Shown: piece after piece, positions 19,791 to 31,401 of the stretch
How the letters are laid out: each line of letters starts with the position of its first letter
Position numbering within the stretch: the first letter of the stretch is position 1
DNA from: an uncultured Planctomycetota bacterium
Lineage (GTDB): Bacteria > Planctomycetota > Planctomycetia > Isosphaerales > Isosphaeraceae
DNA length: 64,000 bases
Assembly: GCA_963845755.1 (NCBI GenBank)
Contig: CAWJTV010000028.1
Coordinates: 32,001-96,000 of the forward strand
Reading direction: 5' to 3'
Position numbers and translations under genes: made by a program
The notes under the pieces: model-generated
What the model was told of the DNA's origin: nothing
Database searches by the model: none
What the model saw: only the letters and a program-made list of their open reading frames with translations

Positions 19791-22700
19791 TCAGACCGTC
19801 GGGCTTTTCCTCGGTCCGATGTGGTATCTCGCCAGGAACTGCGGCGTGACGGCACCCAGCACCAGGTCGTGCGAATCGATCACGATCCTCTCGGCAGCGA
19901 CCGGCGCCTGGCCCTGCGCCTCGGTCAGTCCGCCGGCGGAGCTTCCCTCGATGATCAGGGTGTAAGGGTGATGGATGCTGATTCGATGGATCGGTCGCAA
20001 CGTCACTGTCATCGCGGTGGGATCATACGTGGCTCGCTTGATAGCGATCCGGTTACCGTGTACACCGACCAGCTTGTAATTCTTCGAATTCTGGGCGGTA
20101 AGGGAGTCGAGCGGCCCGGTGAATGTTAGGACCAGGGTCGTGGGCCTCGCATGGTAACCGAAGCGCTGGACCTTTTTGACATGTGGGGGTGCGCCCGTAC
20201 CGGTCCCGGACGCTGGCGTCGTCACGCTCAGTCGAGCGGAGGCGCCGGCCGACACACCATTGGACGATTCGGACTCGGCTGTCGCGGTCAGGATCATCGT
20301 GCCGGGTTGATCCGAGGCGTTCGTCGAAGTCGTGATCGGCACGTTTTGAGAGGCGCCCGGTCCCAGGGTCACTTCGTCATAGGGAAGCCTGGCCATCGGT
20401 GCCGCGGGGCCGGATAGCGCGAGCCAGTACGTATCGGCAGAGTTCCCCGTATTGGTCACGGTCAACACGAGGGGGCTACCCAACGACCCGGAGGATGGGG
20501 TCAAGGAGACGTTGACTCCCTCGGAGACAACCATCAGCGTGCCGTCGGCCGAGCCGCTGATCGTAGCGTCGGACTGGGACGTGGCTATCAGAGTGAAGGG
20601 GATGGCGCCGGGGGCGGTCCCGGCCGGTGTCGTGAGCGTCAACACGATCGACTGGGCATTCGCCGCCCCCGGCGGCACGTCGATCGTGTTCTGGCCGAAT
20701 GTGGCCGTGACGCCCGAAGGAAGTCCAGCGATGCTCAGCGCGTAGGTGTCGTCGATGCCGCCGACGTTGGTCACGGTCACCTGGTATTGCACCGACTCTC
20801 CCTGGCCGGATACGGCTTCCGTCGGCGTGAGGGCGAGCGAAACGCCGCGTGTCTGCAGGCCGACGTGAGGCAGCACGGTCAGCTCGCCCTCGACGGAGTC
20901 CGAAACGCCGCCGGACGTCGAGGCGAGCACTTCGAAACCGGTCGTGATCGCCGCAGAGGTCAACGGGATGGACAGGTCGAGCGGCACCGTGACCGTCTGA
21001 CCAGCCGGCACCGTAACCGAGGGGGCCAGCCCGACCGTGAAGCCGTCGAGCCCCTCCGTGGCGAGGTTGTACGTCACCGCGGTCGCGTACGGGTTTGTGA
21101 GTTGAACCGTATAGGAGGCTTCCGAGCCCAGGTCGGCGGTCTGCGCGTCGGGCGCGAGGCTGATGATGTGCTCGGCGGCGACCGTCACCGGCGGCAGTGC
21201 GATCAGGACGGTTTGCTCCTGGCCACCGGCCGACAGATAAGTGGCGTTGACCGTCGTGCCGTCGCTGATCTGCCGGACCTCGCCCGGAGCCATGCCGGAG
21301 ACGCTGCCGCTGACCCGAAACGACACCGAATCCGTGCTATCGTCGGGCAGCGAGCCCATCCAGTCGATCTCCGAGGAAGAGAAGGAGGTCGCAGTTGGGA
21401 TGACCGACGTGGGATCCACCGTGTAACCCGTCGCGGGGAGATCGTGCACGACGGAGAAGCTGGTCACGGAACCGCCCAGGCCCGCCAGAGGGGCCACGTC
21501 GTCCAGGTGGTAGGCGAAGTCCTGCGCGCTGACGAAGTCGCTGGAATCGCCGATCAGGCCGCTCTGGGAGTAATCGACGAACAGGAGTTTCCCGGTGTTA
21601 TCCGCCACATAGAGATGACCCTGACCGTCGACGGCCCCTTGATCGAGCCGGCTGATCCCCAGGCTGGAGAAGTCGCGCGTCGAGACGATGGTCATGGTCT
21701 TCGGGTCGATCTGGGTCACGTCGCTGAGGCCGACGATGATGATGTCGCCGGTAAAGGGGTCGTACATGATGCCCCGCGCTGCGGGGAGGTCGGAGAAGAC
21801 CCGAGTCGTGGTGAACGTCTGGAGATTGATCGTGCCGAAATTGCCCGGCGTGGTCGGGCTTCCGGTCGTGTAATAGGCGTTACCTGCCGCATCGAATGCG
21901 ACGGCCGTGATCAGGGTGTCATCTCCGGTCAGGGTCTCGACAATCGGCGGAGCGAACGGATTGAGGGGGACTTTCTCCAGCACACCCGGCTGAGACGAGG
22001 TCCACGCGAACTGGCCGCTGGGGTCGAGCGCGAGATGATCGCCTCCAGGACCGTCGGAGAAAGTTTGGGTCTGCCCGGTAATCGGGTTAACTTCGGTGAC
22101 ATCGCCTTCGGCCGTCAACAGGTTGCCGTTGGGCAAGAAGATCAGCCCGTCGGATTCGATGTTCGTCGCAACAGGGACGATCGACCCGAACGTGAGCGAT
22201 GTGCCGTTGTACGTCACGGGCGGCGTAATTGATCGAATTGACGCTGTTGTACTCGGTGAAGTACAAGTCCACCGTGTTCGACGAGGTCGGCTGCCTGACT
22301 GGCCCTGTCGCGGAGATGGTTGTCGTAACGGTAGACGTCCCGGGGGCCACAGTTCTTGGGGATGCCGAGACCGATGCCGAGACCGGAATGCCGACCACCA
22401 AGGTCCCCTGGGCCGGCTTGCCCGGCGACGCCGAGCCGTCGGCCGCGAGCAAGCTCACCTCGAGGCTATAGACCCCCGCGGCCAGATTGGTCGTGTCGAT
22501 CTGTCCCAGGGACACCGTGTTCGACGTGTCGCCCGGCGCAACCTGGAATGGCACGAGGGGCGGGGTCAACACGACGTTTCCCGACGGGTCGAGCACCTGC
22601 AGTTGAGCTTGAAGCTGGCGGGTGGCGTTGGCGGCGTTGAAGACGTCGGCGGTGACCGTCACGGGAGCGCCGGCATCGACTGTTCGACGGGCTGGGAGTG

Positions 22701-23479
22701 ACGCTCAGGACGTCCGCCACGGTGGGCTCGATCGACACGACGGCGGCAGCCGTTCGGGTCACGACCGTCGCCGCCGCCGACACTTCGAGCGTGAAGACCG
22801 TCGACGATTGGAGCGTCTGGCTGAGCGTGACGTCCACCGATGTCGAAGTCCCCGCCGCGAGCGAGACCGTGTCCTGGCCGAGCTGGACGGTCACGCCACT
22901 GGGTAGCGTGCCCATCGAAAGGTTCAGGTTCTCGGGATGGCTGCCGGTATCGGTCAACTGGAGTGTCAACGTCTGACCCTGGCCCGGCTGGAGGTCGACC
23001 TGCGATGGCGAGAGCGTGGCCGTGAACGACTCATCCGCCTCCTGCGTGAGCACTGCGGTGATACTGTCGAACAGGCTCGTGGCGTTCGAGAGCATCCCAT
23101 CCAGGTCGTCGTTGCCGGCCGCGGTGACGATCGGTTGGAGCGGGGTTGCGAACGAGGCGAGCGCGGGGTCGGCCTCCAGCAGCTCGTTCAGGTTGCCGAG
23201 ATCAATCTGCGCCTCCTGGAACAACGCCCCGCTGGCCGCCGATTCGAGGGAGGTTAGGGTGTTGCCGAGATCGGAGAGGACGCCCTGGAGCTGGACGTTT
23301 CCCGCGGCTCCCGCGGCGATCGACGCCTGATCGATCGCCGCCACCTGACCCGATCCCGGGCCGGAAAGCACGACGCGGTCCTCAAGCCGCTCCAGAAAGG
23401 TGCGTCGAAATCGATCGCGAATCCGGCGACGAGGTTCCCGCCGATCGTCGGGACCTCGACGGCTCGTGTGAACGTTCAT
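19791..23479 (-). CDS. Large exported surface protein (beta-propeller and Ig-like/NPCBM-associated-like repeats), split by frameshifts near 22690 and 22225
   Basis: FLERLEDRVVLS export motif; three consecutive same-strand ORFs with similar Thr/Val/Ser-rich beta-sandwich composition (VTVTNVG, LTVTNTGN). Confidence 0.8.
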
Positions 23480-24215
23480 GAGTGGGGTCTCCCGAAGACT
23501 CCCCTGTTCCGTAATCCGATATCGGCATCGTGACCTGAGAAAGTACACCGAACGCCCAGGTCCATCCGGATGCCGAGCGTGCAAGTGATCACGACTGGAG
23601 TCGCACCGGCTCGAAGAACTGAAAAGGATCCGCCCGTTATGTGACTTGTGATCGCGAGGGCAAGCCGGTGTGGGACCCGTCTCCGATGATGCGGTCCACT
23701 CGGATGACGCCGTTTCGCCGGCCGCCCATGTCTTAGGACTTTACTATCTTGCCCCGTCCCTACAGAGAAGACAACAAGAATCTTCAAGAGATGTTCTGAA
23801 GTCCTGAAATGACAAAAGAAGCATGAAATCCTGGCGCCAATCGATATCAACGGACTGGTGGGGACCTACGGGAGTGGCATCGAACGCCGATAGCGACCTG
23901 GATTGGCTCAGAACACAAGGCGGTTGGCTGGAAGGCCCGGGCACACCATGGGGTGGTAGGCACTCTCGACCCGGGCGCCTCGCGAGAGGGGCTGGGGACG
24001 CCGGGGAAACGTCGCTCACCGATCCCTGGGTGTGCCCATCGGTCGAGCCAGGTCTGTCTGCGCGAATGATCCGTTTCGGTTGAGTCTCCAATCGACGAGG
24101 TTTGGCAAAATTGCGAGGAATGTGCGAATTGAATTGGATAGCAAATTTCTGATGAATGGGCATGTTCTGCCAATTAGCGAGAATGTATGGATCATCTGGC
24201 CTGCGCGGGGAACTC

Positions 24216-24357
24216 GGTTCGTTTTCGTGAAATCCTGGATTGCGCCACCGGGGTCCCTGGGTTCGTTTTGCGGAGTTCGACACACGCCGTGCGGGGATTT
24301 GGGTTCGTTTTCGGTCTTGAGATACGGATTCTCTTGGGTTCTTGAGCTGGTTCGTCT
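24216..24357. repeat. Periodic GGTTCGTTTT repeats
   Basis: Copies at 24216, 24260, 24302 and a degenerate one at 24349 (spacing 44, 42, 47 nt). Confidence 0.6.
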
Positions 24358-24932
24358 GGATCTTGCATGTCCGCATGGGCTGTTGCCTTCGTTCATCGAA
24401 TCTCAATCGAGACCAATCATGCATTAGTCTTTCCGGTCAAGCCATCATGCCAGATTGCATCATCGAGTGCAAGTGACTCAAGGCGGCAGCACGAACATTG
24501 TTCCCGACTCGTGACACCGATCTTGGTGAACCACGGAAGGGTCAATCTCCGGGACTCAAGGACGCACCTCTATTGATCAGGATGCCGCAACTTTCAAAAA
24601 ACGAAAACGCATCGCGCGCGAAACGGACGGAACGCTCGACTTAAGTCCTTACAGGACAATGAAATGATTTTTTCTAGAATTTTTTTGCGCTGGTGGATTA
24701 CATCGGATGTGTATTCGGTTGACGACGGCGCTCGTGTGCCGTTAACCTCCAATTCACGGGTCGTTAGGGAGCGGTACCGGTTCACACCCTGGTCGAGGGT
24801 TGTCGCCGAATGGCCCCCTACGACCGCGAGGGGACGGCTCGCTTTGGAACGCGTGTGATGGCGATTGGATGGTGACTGGTGACGATCGAATCGCGACCAC
24901 AGTCTTCCTCACGGGAGCCATCTCGATTCTCG

Positions 24933-25571
24933 TCATGGTGCAAGCCGCTCGATGAGCCAGCCGTTCTCGGAAACCCTCCGGTATCGCAGTCGGTCGTGCA
25001 GCCGGTTGGGGCGGCCCTGCCAGAACTCCACGGAGTCGGGGATCAAGCGATAGCCGCCCCAGTTTGGTGGGCGCGGGATCGTGCCGTCCGGGTATCGATC
25101 CTCCAGCTCGTGGAACTGCGCCTCGAGTGCGTCCCGGCCGGCGATCACCTGGCTCTGGGGCGACGACCACGCCCCGAGCTTCGAGCCGGCTGGCCGGCTC
25201 TCAAAATAACGGTCGGACTCGTCGGCCGAGACCCGCTCGATCCGCCCTTCGACCCGAACCTGCCGCTCCACCTCATGCCAGAAGAAGACCATCGAGCCAA
25301 ACGGATTGGCCTCGATCTCCCGCGCCTTGCGGCTCTCATAGTTCGTGAAGAACGACAATCCTCGCTGATCGAGGCCCCGAAGTAGCACTATGCGGACCGA
25401 GGGCCGGCCCTCGGGCGTGGCCGTCGCGAGGGCCATGGCGTTGACCTCAAGGACTTCGCTCTGCAAGGCCTCATCGAGCCAGATCCCTAGCTGCCGGATC
25501 GGATCAGGATCCATGTCTTCCTCGCGCAAGATCAACAAGGAATGATCCTTGCGTCGTTTTTCAATCGTCAC
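24933..25571 (-). CDS. pdxH: Pyridoxamine 5'-phosphate oxidase
   Basis: AMALATA, PSVRIVLL, FFTNYESRK, RQVRVEG, YFESRP, WGGY, EFWQGRPNRLHDR. Confidence 0.97.
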   Translation of the reverse strand: MTIEKRRKDHSLLILREEDMDPDPIRQLGIWLDEALQSEVLEVNAMALATATPEGRPSVRIVLLRGLDQRGLSFFTNYESRKAREIEANPFGSMVFFWHEVERQVRVEGRIERVSADESDRYFESRPAGSKLGAWSSPQSQVIAGRDALEAQFHELEDRYPDGTIPRPPNWGGYRLIPDSVEFWQGRPNRLHDRLRYRRVSENGWLIERLAP

Positions 25572-25683
25572 CTGGATCGGCCCTCGCTGTTCGGTCCTGG
25601 TCGGCCACGGGGAAGTTGACGGACCCTGTGGCGATTCTGACCAAACTACTACGGACCACGGATCTCGGACAACTCTCAAATTG

Positions 25684-25713
25684 CGTATGAAGTTTTTGAC
25701 GAAACGACATACG
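25684..25713. promoter_or_regulatory. Putative NikR operator
   Basis: C-GTATGA-N16-ACATAC-G, one mismatch to the NikR consensus GTATGA-N16-TCATAC, 85 nt upstream of nikM. Confidence 0.7.
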
Positions 25714-25797
25714 GCGGCTACCATGAGGGATCATGGAGAGGAGAGGTTGGACGGCTGGGCAACGTATGTGAACGAAGAGCTAGCCGAGGACCGATCG

Positions 25798-26781
25798 ATG
25801 CACATTCCCGACGGTTTGCTGGATCCTCAGGTGGCGATTGCGGCGGGCGTGGTGGGTGCGGCCGGTTTGCTGGAAGCCGTCCGGAGGCTGGAACGGCAGC
25901 TCGGAGACCGGACGACCGTGCTGATGGGCACGATGTCGGCGTTCGTGTTCGCGGCGCAGATGGTGAATTTCCCCGTCGGACCCCGCGTGTCGGGGCACCT
26001 CATCGGGGGGGTTCTGAGCGCGGTGCTGCTGGGTCCCTGGGCGGGAGCGGTGGTGATCGCCGCTGTGCTGATCGTCCAGTGTTTCCTCTTCAATGATGGC
26101 GGTCTCACGGCACTCGGGGCCAACTTTGTGAACATGGGCCTGATCGGGGCCGTCGGTGGGTACGCGATCTATGCGCCGATCCGCAGGGCGATCGGCGGGC
26201 CGAAAGGCACACTGATCGGGGCCATGGTCGCGGCGTGGTTCTCGGTCCTGCTGGCGTCGGGAGCGTTTGCGGTGGAGATGGCGGTGTCGGGCCATCGCGA
26301 CGATTTCCTCCGAATCTTGACCTGGATGGCTCTGGTTCATGCGGTGATCGGGGTCGGCGAGGCCCTGATCACCGGTCTTGCCGTGCGATTCGTCCTGCTC
26401 CGGCGTCCGGACCTGCTGGAACCGGAGGATCTCGCGGATGAGAAGCCCTCCCGGGCCGCGGGATGGGCGCCGACGATGATCGCCGGGCTGGCCGTCGCGC
26501 TCGCGGTCGCCGTGTTCCTCGGGCCGTTCGCCTGGGACGCTCCGGACGGCCTCGAATTCGTCGGTCAGTCCCTCGGATTCCTGAGGGAATCGCCCCCATC
26601 ACCGCTCCCTTCGCCGATGGCCGACTACACACTGAAGCTGCCGGGCCTGGAGGAGTACGCCCGGCTGGCCACCGCATTGGCGGGACTCGTCGGTACGCTG
26701 GTCGTTTTCGGAGTGAGCTGGGGAATGGCTCGGGTGCTGCCACACACGAAGTGCCAAGGGGTCGCTCCCGATGCCGCTTGA
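25798..26781 (+). CDS. nikMN: ECF-type Ni/Co transporter substrate component, NikM fused to a PDGLE (NikN) domain
   Basis: Starts MHIPDG; FVFAAQM, SGHLIG, DGGLTALGAN; C-terminal PDGLE. Confidence 0.92.
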   Translation: MHIPDGLLDPQVAIAAGVVGAAGLLEAVRRLERQLGDRTTVLMGTMSAFVFAAQMVNFPVGPRVSGHLIGGVLSAVLLGPWAGAVVIAAVLIVQCFLFNDGGLTALGANFVNMGLIGAVGGYAIYAPIRRAIGGPKGTLIGAMVAAWFSVLLASGAFAVEMAVSGHRDDFLRILTWMALVHAVIGVGEALITGLAVRFVLLRRPDLLEPEDLADEKPSRAAGWAPTMIAGLAVALAVAVFLGPFAWDAPDGLEFVGQSLGFLRESPPSPLPSPMADYTLKLPGLEEYARLATALAGLVGTLVVFGVSWGMARVLPHTKCQGVAPDAA

Positions 26782-27423
26782 CCGACTGGGACGTCACCGC
26801 GCCGGCGACGGGCCGATCCACCGGCTCGATGCGCGGGTCAAGCTCATCGCTACGGTCGCCTTCATCATCGTCGTGATTGCCACGCCGATCGGGTCCTGGC
26901 GCGTTTTCGGGGCTGAGGGGTTGGTCCTCGCCTTCGCGATCGGGCTGGCCGGCATCCCGCCTCGCGAGCTGGCGCGGCGGTGGCTGGGCCTGTTCATCCT
27001 GGTCGCCTTCTTGACCGTGATGGTCGCCGCGACGCACCGCACGCAGGCCCCATCCGGCCTGGCCGTCGAGGCTGGCAGCATCCTGATCAAGAACGGCCTG
27101 GCCCTCGCCACCATGCTCGTACTGGCGGGTACGACCCCATTTCCCGCTCTCCTGACCGCCCTGCGCAAACTGGGCTTACCCCTGGTCCTGGTCGCAACCC
27201 TCCAGTTCATGGAACGATACCGGTATGTGCTGCTCGACGAGCTCGACCGGATGGCGACTGCCCGGCGGGCGCGCACCTTAGGCGACGATGGATGCTCTCC
27301 TGGAGCTTGCTCGGCGGATTGATCGGGATGCTTTTCCTCCGTACATTCGAACGCGCCGAAAGGGTCCATGGCGCGATGGTCGCCCGGGGGTGGGACGGGA
27401 CGATCCGGAGCCTCGACGATTGA
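26771..27423 (+). CDS. nikQ: ECF transporter T component NikQ/CbiQ (frameshift near 27280)
   Basis: IHRLDARVKL, RYRYVLLDE..RM..ARRAR, then GMLFLRTFERAERV..AM.ARG in the shifted frame. Confidence 0.88.
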
Positions 27424-27440
27424 CCCTCTTTTGTTAACTG

Positions 27441-27502
27441 GCTGTTTCAAAACGGGGACTGGCTCCGAGTCTTCGAGGTGCCTGTCCCCCTTTTGAAACA
27501 GC
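27441..27502. mobile_element. MITE/REP-like palindromic element, copy 1
   Basis: GCTGTTTCAAAA...TTTTGAAACAGC terminal inverted repeats; near-identical reverse-complement copy at 36278. Confidence 0.75.
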
Positions 27503-27551
27503 TTTTAAGGCGGCAGGCTGAAGTCTGAAGCTGGAACGGAACCATCCTTCG

Positions 27552-28419
27552 ATGAACGCGGACCCATCCCTTGGATCTGAACCGGTCTCGGAGACGCCGA
27601 CGGTTCCCGCCGTACGCGTGAGCGGCCTGGAATATCGCTATCCCGACGGAAAAGAGGCGCTTCGCGGCGATCGAGCTGACCATTGCAACGGGTGAATCGG
27701 TCGCACTGGTCGGGCCCAACGGGGCGGGGAAGAGCACGCTGCTGCTGCACCTGAACGGATTATTGCCCGGAAAAGGCCGGAATCCGATCGGTCACAGTCA
27801 TGCGGTCGGCGGAAATGGGAGAACCCTCCGGTCGCGCCAAGCTCACATCTGGGTGGAAGGGCTCGAGGTGAACGAGCGGAACGCGTTGCAAGTGAGACGG
27901 CGCGTCGGGTTAGTATTCCAGGATCCCGACGATCAGCTCTTCTGTAACAGCGTGGTCGAGGACGTGGCGTTCGGGCCGCTCAACCTGGGGATCCCGCCTG
28001 CCGAGGCCCGTGCCATCGCCCTGGAATGCCTGGCGACGGTCGACCTCCAGGCCGAGGCCGACCGGCCGCCGCACCACCTCAGCTTCGGCGAGCGAAAACG
28101 CGCCTGCCTGGCCGGCGTGCTGGCGTGCCGTCCGTCTGTCCTGGTTCTCGACGAGCCGTCGGCCAACCTCGACCCCCGCGGCCGTCAACGATTCATCGGG
28201 CTGGTTCGGGAGCTCGAGTGCACGAAGTTGATCGCAACCCACGACCTCGAGATGGTCCTTGAACTCTGCCCGCGGACGATCCTCATCGACGCCGGACGGG
28301 TCGCCGCCGACGGACCGAGTCGCGAGATCCTAGGCGACCCCGAGCTAATGGACGCCCATGGACTGGAACAGCCCCTGAGCCTCGGGTTTGGTTCGACATG
28401 GACGTCGCCCCAATCGTAG
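27552..28419 (+). CDS. nikO: ECF transporter ATPase NikO/CbiO (frameshift near 27669)
   Basis: YRYPDG, Walker A GPNGAGKST, FQDPDDQLF, LSFGERKR, LDEP, THD. Confidence 0.92.
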
Positions 28420-28474
28420 GATAGGGCACACGCGCGTCGCATCCTTCCACTCGCCGACCGAGGAGCTGCGATCC

Positions 28475-29308
28475 ATGGAGAACCAACCGGCCTCACCCCA
28501 ATATGTGCTGGGTCGCTCGGACTCAGAGAGCCAGCGCCTCATCCGGCAAGCGAATTTCGTGCGACCTTCGACCGAGCGGGTCTTTCGAAAGGCCGGGATC
28601 GGGGCCGGGATGCACGTGTTGGATATCGGCTGCGGCGCCGGCGATGTCAGCTTTCTCGCGGGGGAGTTCGTCGGGCCGTCGGGCCGGGTCGTGGGCATCG
28701 ACCTGAATCCCCGAGTGCTGGAGCTGGCCCGTGAACGCGCGAAGGAATCCGGGTTGACCTGGGTTAGCTTCGAGGAACAGGCCATCGAGACCTTCACCAC
28801 CACGGCGCCGTTCGATGCCGTGGTGGGGCGTTGTGTCCTGTTATATCAGCCCGATCCGGTCGCGACGCTGCGGCATATGGCCAAGCAGTTGAACTCTGGA
28901 GGAATCATCGCGGTCCAGGAGCCCGACATGAGCGTCGAGGTCCGCACCTGGCCGCTCGTCCCACTCTGGGGCCAGGTGTGGGAGTGGATCGGGGAAACCT
29001 TTCGTCGCGGAGGCGTCGCGTACGACATCGGAAGCAAGCTGTACCCGCTGTTTCGCCAGGCGGGATTGCCGGGACCGATGCTGCTTGAGCATCTGTCGGT
29101 CTGCGGCGGAGCGGCCGTCCGGCCGATCTGCGAGCACAGCGCCGAGATGGTCCGCAGTCTCTTGCCGAGGATGGAGGAGTTCGGCATCGTCTCCCGCGAG
29201 GAGGTCCTGGTGGAAACGCTCGCGGATCGGCTCGAACACGACTCCTGCGCGGCCGACAGTCAGATCACGTACATGCCCAACATCGCCGCGTGGACCATCG
29301 TAAGCTAA
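28475..29308 (+). CDS. Class I SAM-dependent methyltransferase
   Basis: VLDIGCGAGD, VVGID, FDAVVGR motifs; GAGGAG RBS. Confidence 0.92.
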   Translation: MENQPASPQYVLGRSDSESQRLIRQANFVRPSTERVFRKAGIGAGMHVLDIGCGAGDVSFLAGEFVGPSGRVVGIDLNPRVLELARERAKESGLTWVSFEEQAIETFTTTAPFDAVVGRCVLLYQPDPVATLRHMAKQLNSGGIIAVQEPDMSVEVRTWPLVPLWGQVWEWIGETFRRGGVAYDIGSKLYPLFRQAGLPGPMLLEHLSVCGGAAVRPICEHSAEMVRSLLPRMEEFGIVSREEVLVETLADRLEHDSCAADSQITYMPNIAAWTIVS

Positions 29309-29607
29309 GCTTGGCAGGCGCGGGCAAGCGTCCGTTCGGCGCGGGTCTCCAAAGTACGGCGACGGGACCCAGCGGCACCACCATCCTCTCGCGGATCGGC
29401 TGACGTCCAATCGTCCGCGATCGACTTGCGCGGCCGACCGCTCGACGCCCGCTCGAAGCGATCGGCCGCGGCGTTTATTCAGGTCCACACGGCTGTCGAG
29501 ACTCCGCTCACCTGAGCCTCTGTTTATCCGGGCTCAACGGGTCGACAAACTTGTGCCCGGTCGGTGGCTCGACGTCATCGCGATCGAACGCTTCCTTCGA
29601 GCCGAGT

Positions 29608-31276
29608 TCAACGAGGCGTGTTGCTCGATGGGACAGCGACCGAGCCAGGTAGCGGCTGACCCAGCAACTCGGCGGCTTCGGTCCAGATCTGTCGCAATTG
29701 GGCGTCTTGAAGTGCCTTCTCCCTGGTCCACGCGACCGCCTTGTCGAACCATTGGCGGGCCTTGTCCTTTTCGCCGTTCTGCCAGTGCGCCAGGGCCTGG
29801 AAGAACCAGTCGTAGGCGAACAGGCCGCGCTGGCGCACGGCCATCGCCCGCTCGCTGGCGGCCAGCGATTCGGCCCAGTGCCCCATCCGATACTCGGCCA
29901 GCGCCAGCGTGCCGTACCTGTCGGCGGAGGGCTTGGCCAGCGCGACGGCCTTGCGGGCGTGCGACAACCCTTCATCGTAATCGCGCCGTGGACGCCCGGG
30001 GGAGACGATCAGGACCCAGGCCAAGTTGTTGTGGGCGCCGGCGAAGTCAGGGTCGAGGCGGATGGCCTCGCGGAGTTCGGCGATCGCCTCGGATGCCTTC
30101 CCCTGGCGGATTAGGGCGCTGCCCAGATTGCTGTGAGCCGTGGCGTAGTCGGGCTTGAGTCGGATCGCGATCTTGTATTCGGCGATCGCCTCGGACACCT
30201 TCCCCTGGTCGAGTAGGGCGTTGCCCGAGTTGCTGTGGGCTTCGGCGTAGTCGGGCTTGAGTCGGATGGCGAACTTGTATTCGGCGATCGCCTCGTCCGG
30301 CTTCCCCCGGTCTTTCAGGGCGTTGCCCAGGTTGTTGTGGGCTTCGACGTACTCGGGCTTGAGTCGGATCGCGACCCTGTATTCGGCGATCGCCTCGTCC
30401 GGCTTCCTCCGGTCTGTCAGGGCGTTGCCGAGGTTGTAGTGGGCCTCGGCGTAGTCGGGCTTGAGTCGGATCGCGACCCTGTATTCGGCGATCGCCTCAT
30501 CCGGTTTCCCCTGGGCTTTCAATGAGTTGCCCAGATTGTTGTGGGCCACGACGAGGTCGGGATTGAGTCGGATCGCGGTCTTGTATTCTCTGATCGCCTC
30601 ATCCAGCTTTCTCTGGTCGCGCAGGGCGTTGCCGAGGTTGCTATGGGCTTCGGCGTAGTCGGGCTTGAGTCGGATGGCGATCATGAATTCGGCGATCGCC
30701 TCATCCAGCCTCCCCTGGTCGCGCAGGGCGTTGCCGAGGTTGTAGTGGGCCGCCTCGTAGTCGGGCTGGAGTCGGATGGCGGTTTTGAATTCGGCGGTCG
30801 CCTCATCCATCTTCCCCTGGTCGCGGGGCGTTGCCCAGGTTGCTGTGGGCCCCGGCGTCATCGGGCTCGAGTCGGATGGCGGTCTTGTATTCGGCGATCG
30901 CCTCGACCAGCTCGCCCTGGTCGCGCAGGGCGTTGCCCAGGTTGCTGTGGGCCGCCGCGAAACGGGGCACGAGGCGAATGGCCTCGCGGTACGCGGCAAC
31001 GGCCTCTCTCGGCTTGCCCTGGTCGAGTAGGGCGTTGCCCAGGTTGTTGTGGGCCCAGGAATAATCCGGCCTGATCCGGATCGCCTCGCGGTACTCGGCG
31101 ATCGCCTCGTCCAGTTTGCCTCGTTTTTGCAGGGCGTGGGCGAGGTTGTAGTGGGCGTCGGCGTCGTCGGACTCGACGAGGAAGACGGTCTCCGTTGCGG
31201 TGAGCGTCGCGGCTTCTCCCAGGGCCACTAAGGCGGCCAGCAGCGCGGTCGCCAGGTTGCATCGGGTTAGTCGCAT
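29608..31276 (-). CDS. Secreted TPR-repeat protein (frameshift near 30825)
   Basis: Signal-like N-terminus MRLTRCNLATALLAALVA; about 10 near-identical 34 aa repeats AH.NLGNAL.DQG..DEAIAEY..AIRL.PD. Confidence 0.88.
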
Positions 31277-31401
31277 GTAGTCAGCTCCTCCCACGGGATT
31301 CGTTGAGATGAGGTTCAAACGGGTAACGGTCGAGCGATGGACCGACGGATCACTTCCCCAAGTGGTCGTGTCGAGGCCACTTCGGCGACGCGATCTCCGA
31401 T

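Noticed and set aside
23744..24424. 226 aa ORF in the intergenic region
   Set aside because: Atypical codon usage and no recognisable domain; not supported as a gene
25572..25797. Cobalamin riboswitch upstream of the CbiM-like gene
   Set aside because: No B12-box or conserved core visible; a NikR-like palindrome is present instead
30050..31150. Regular direct repeats resembling a CRISPR array
   Set aside because: The 102 bp period equals 34 aa TPR coding units; no unique spacers and no cas genes
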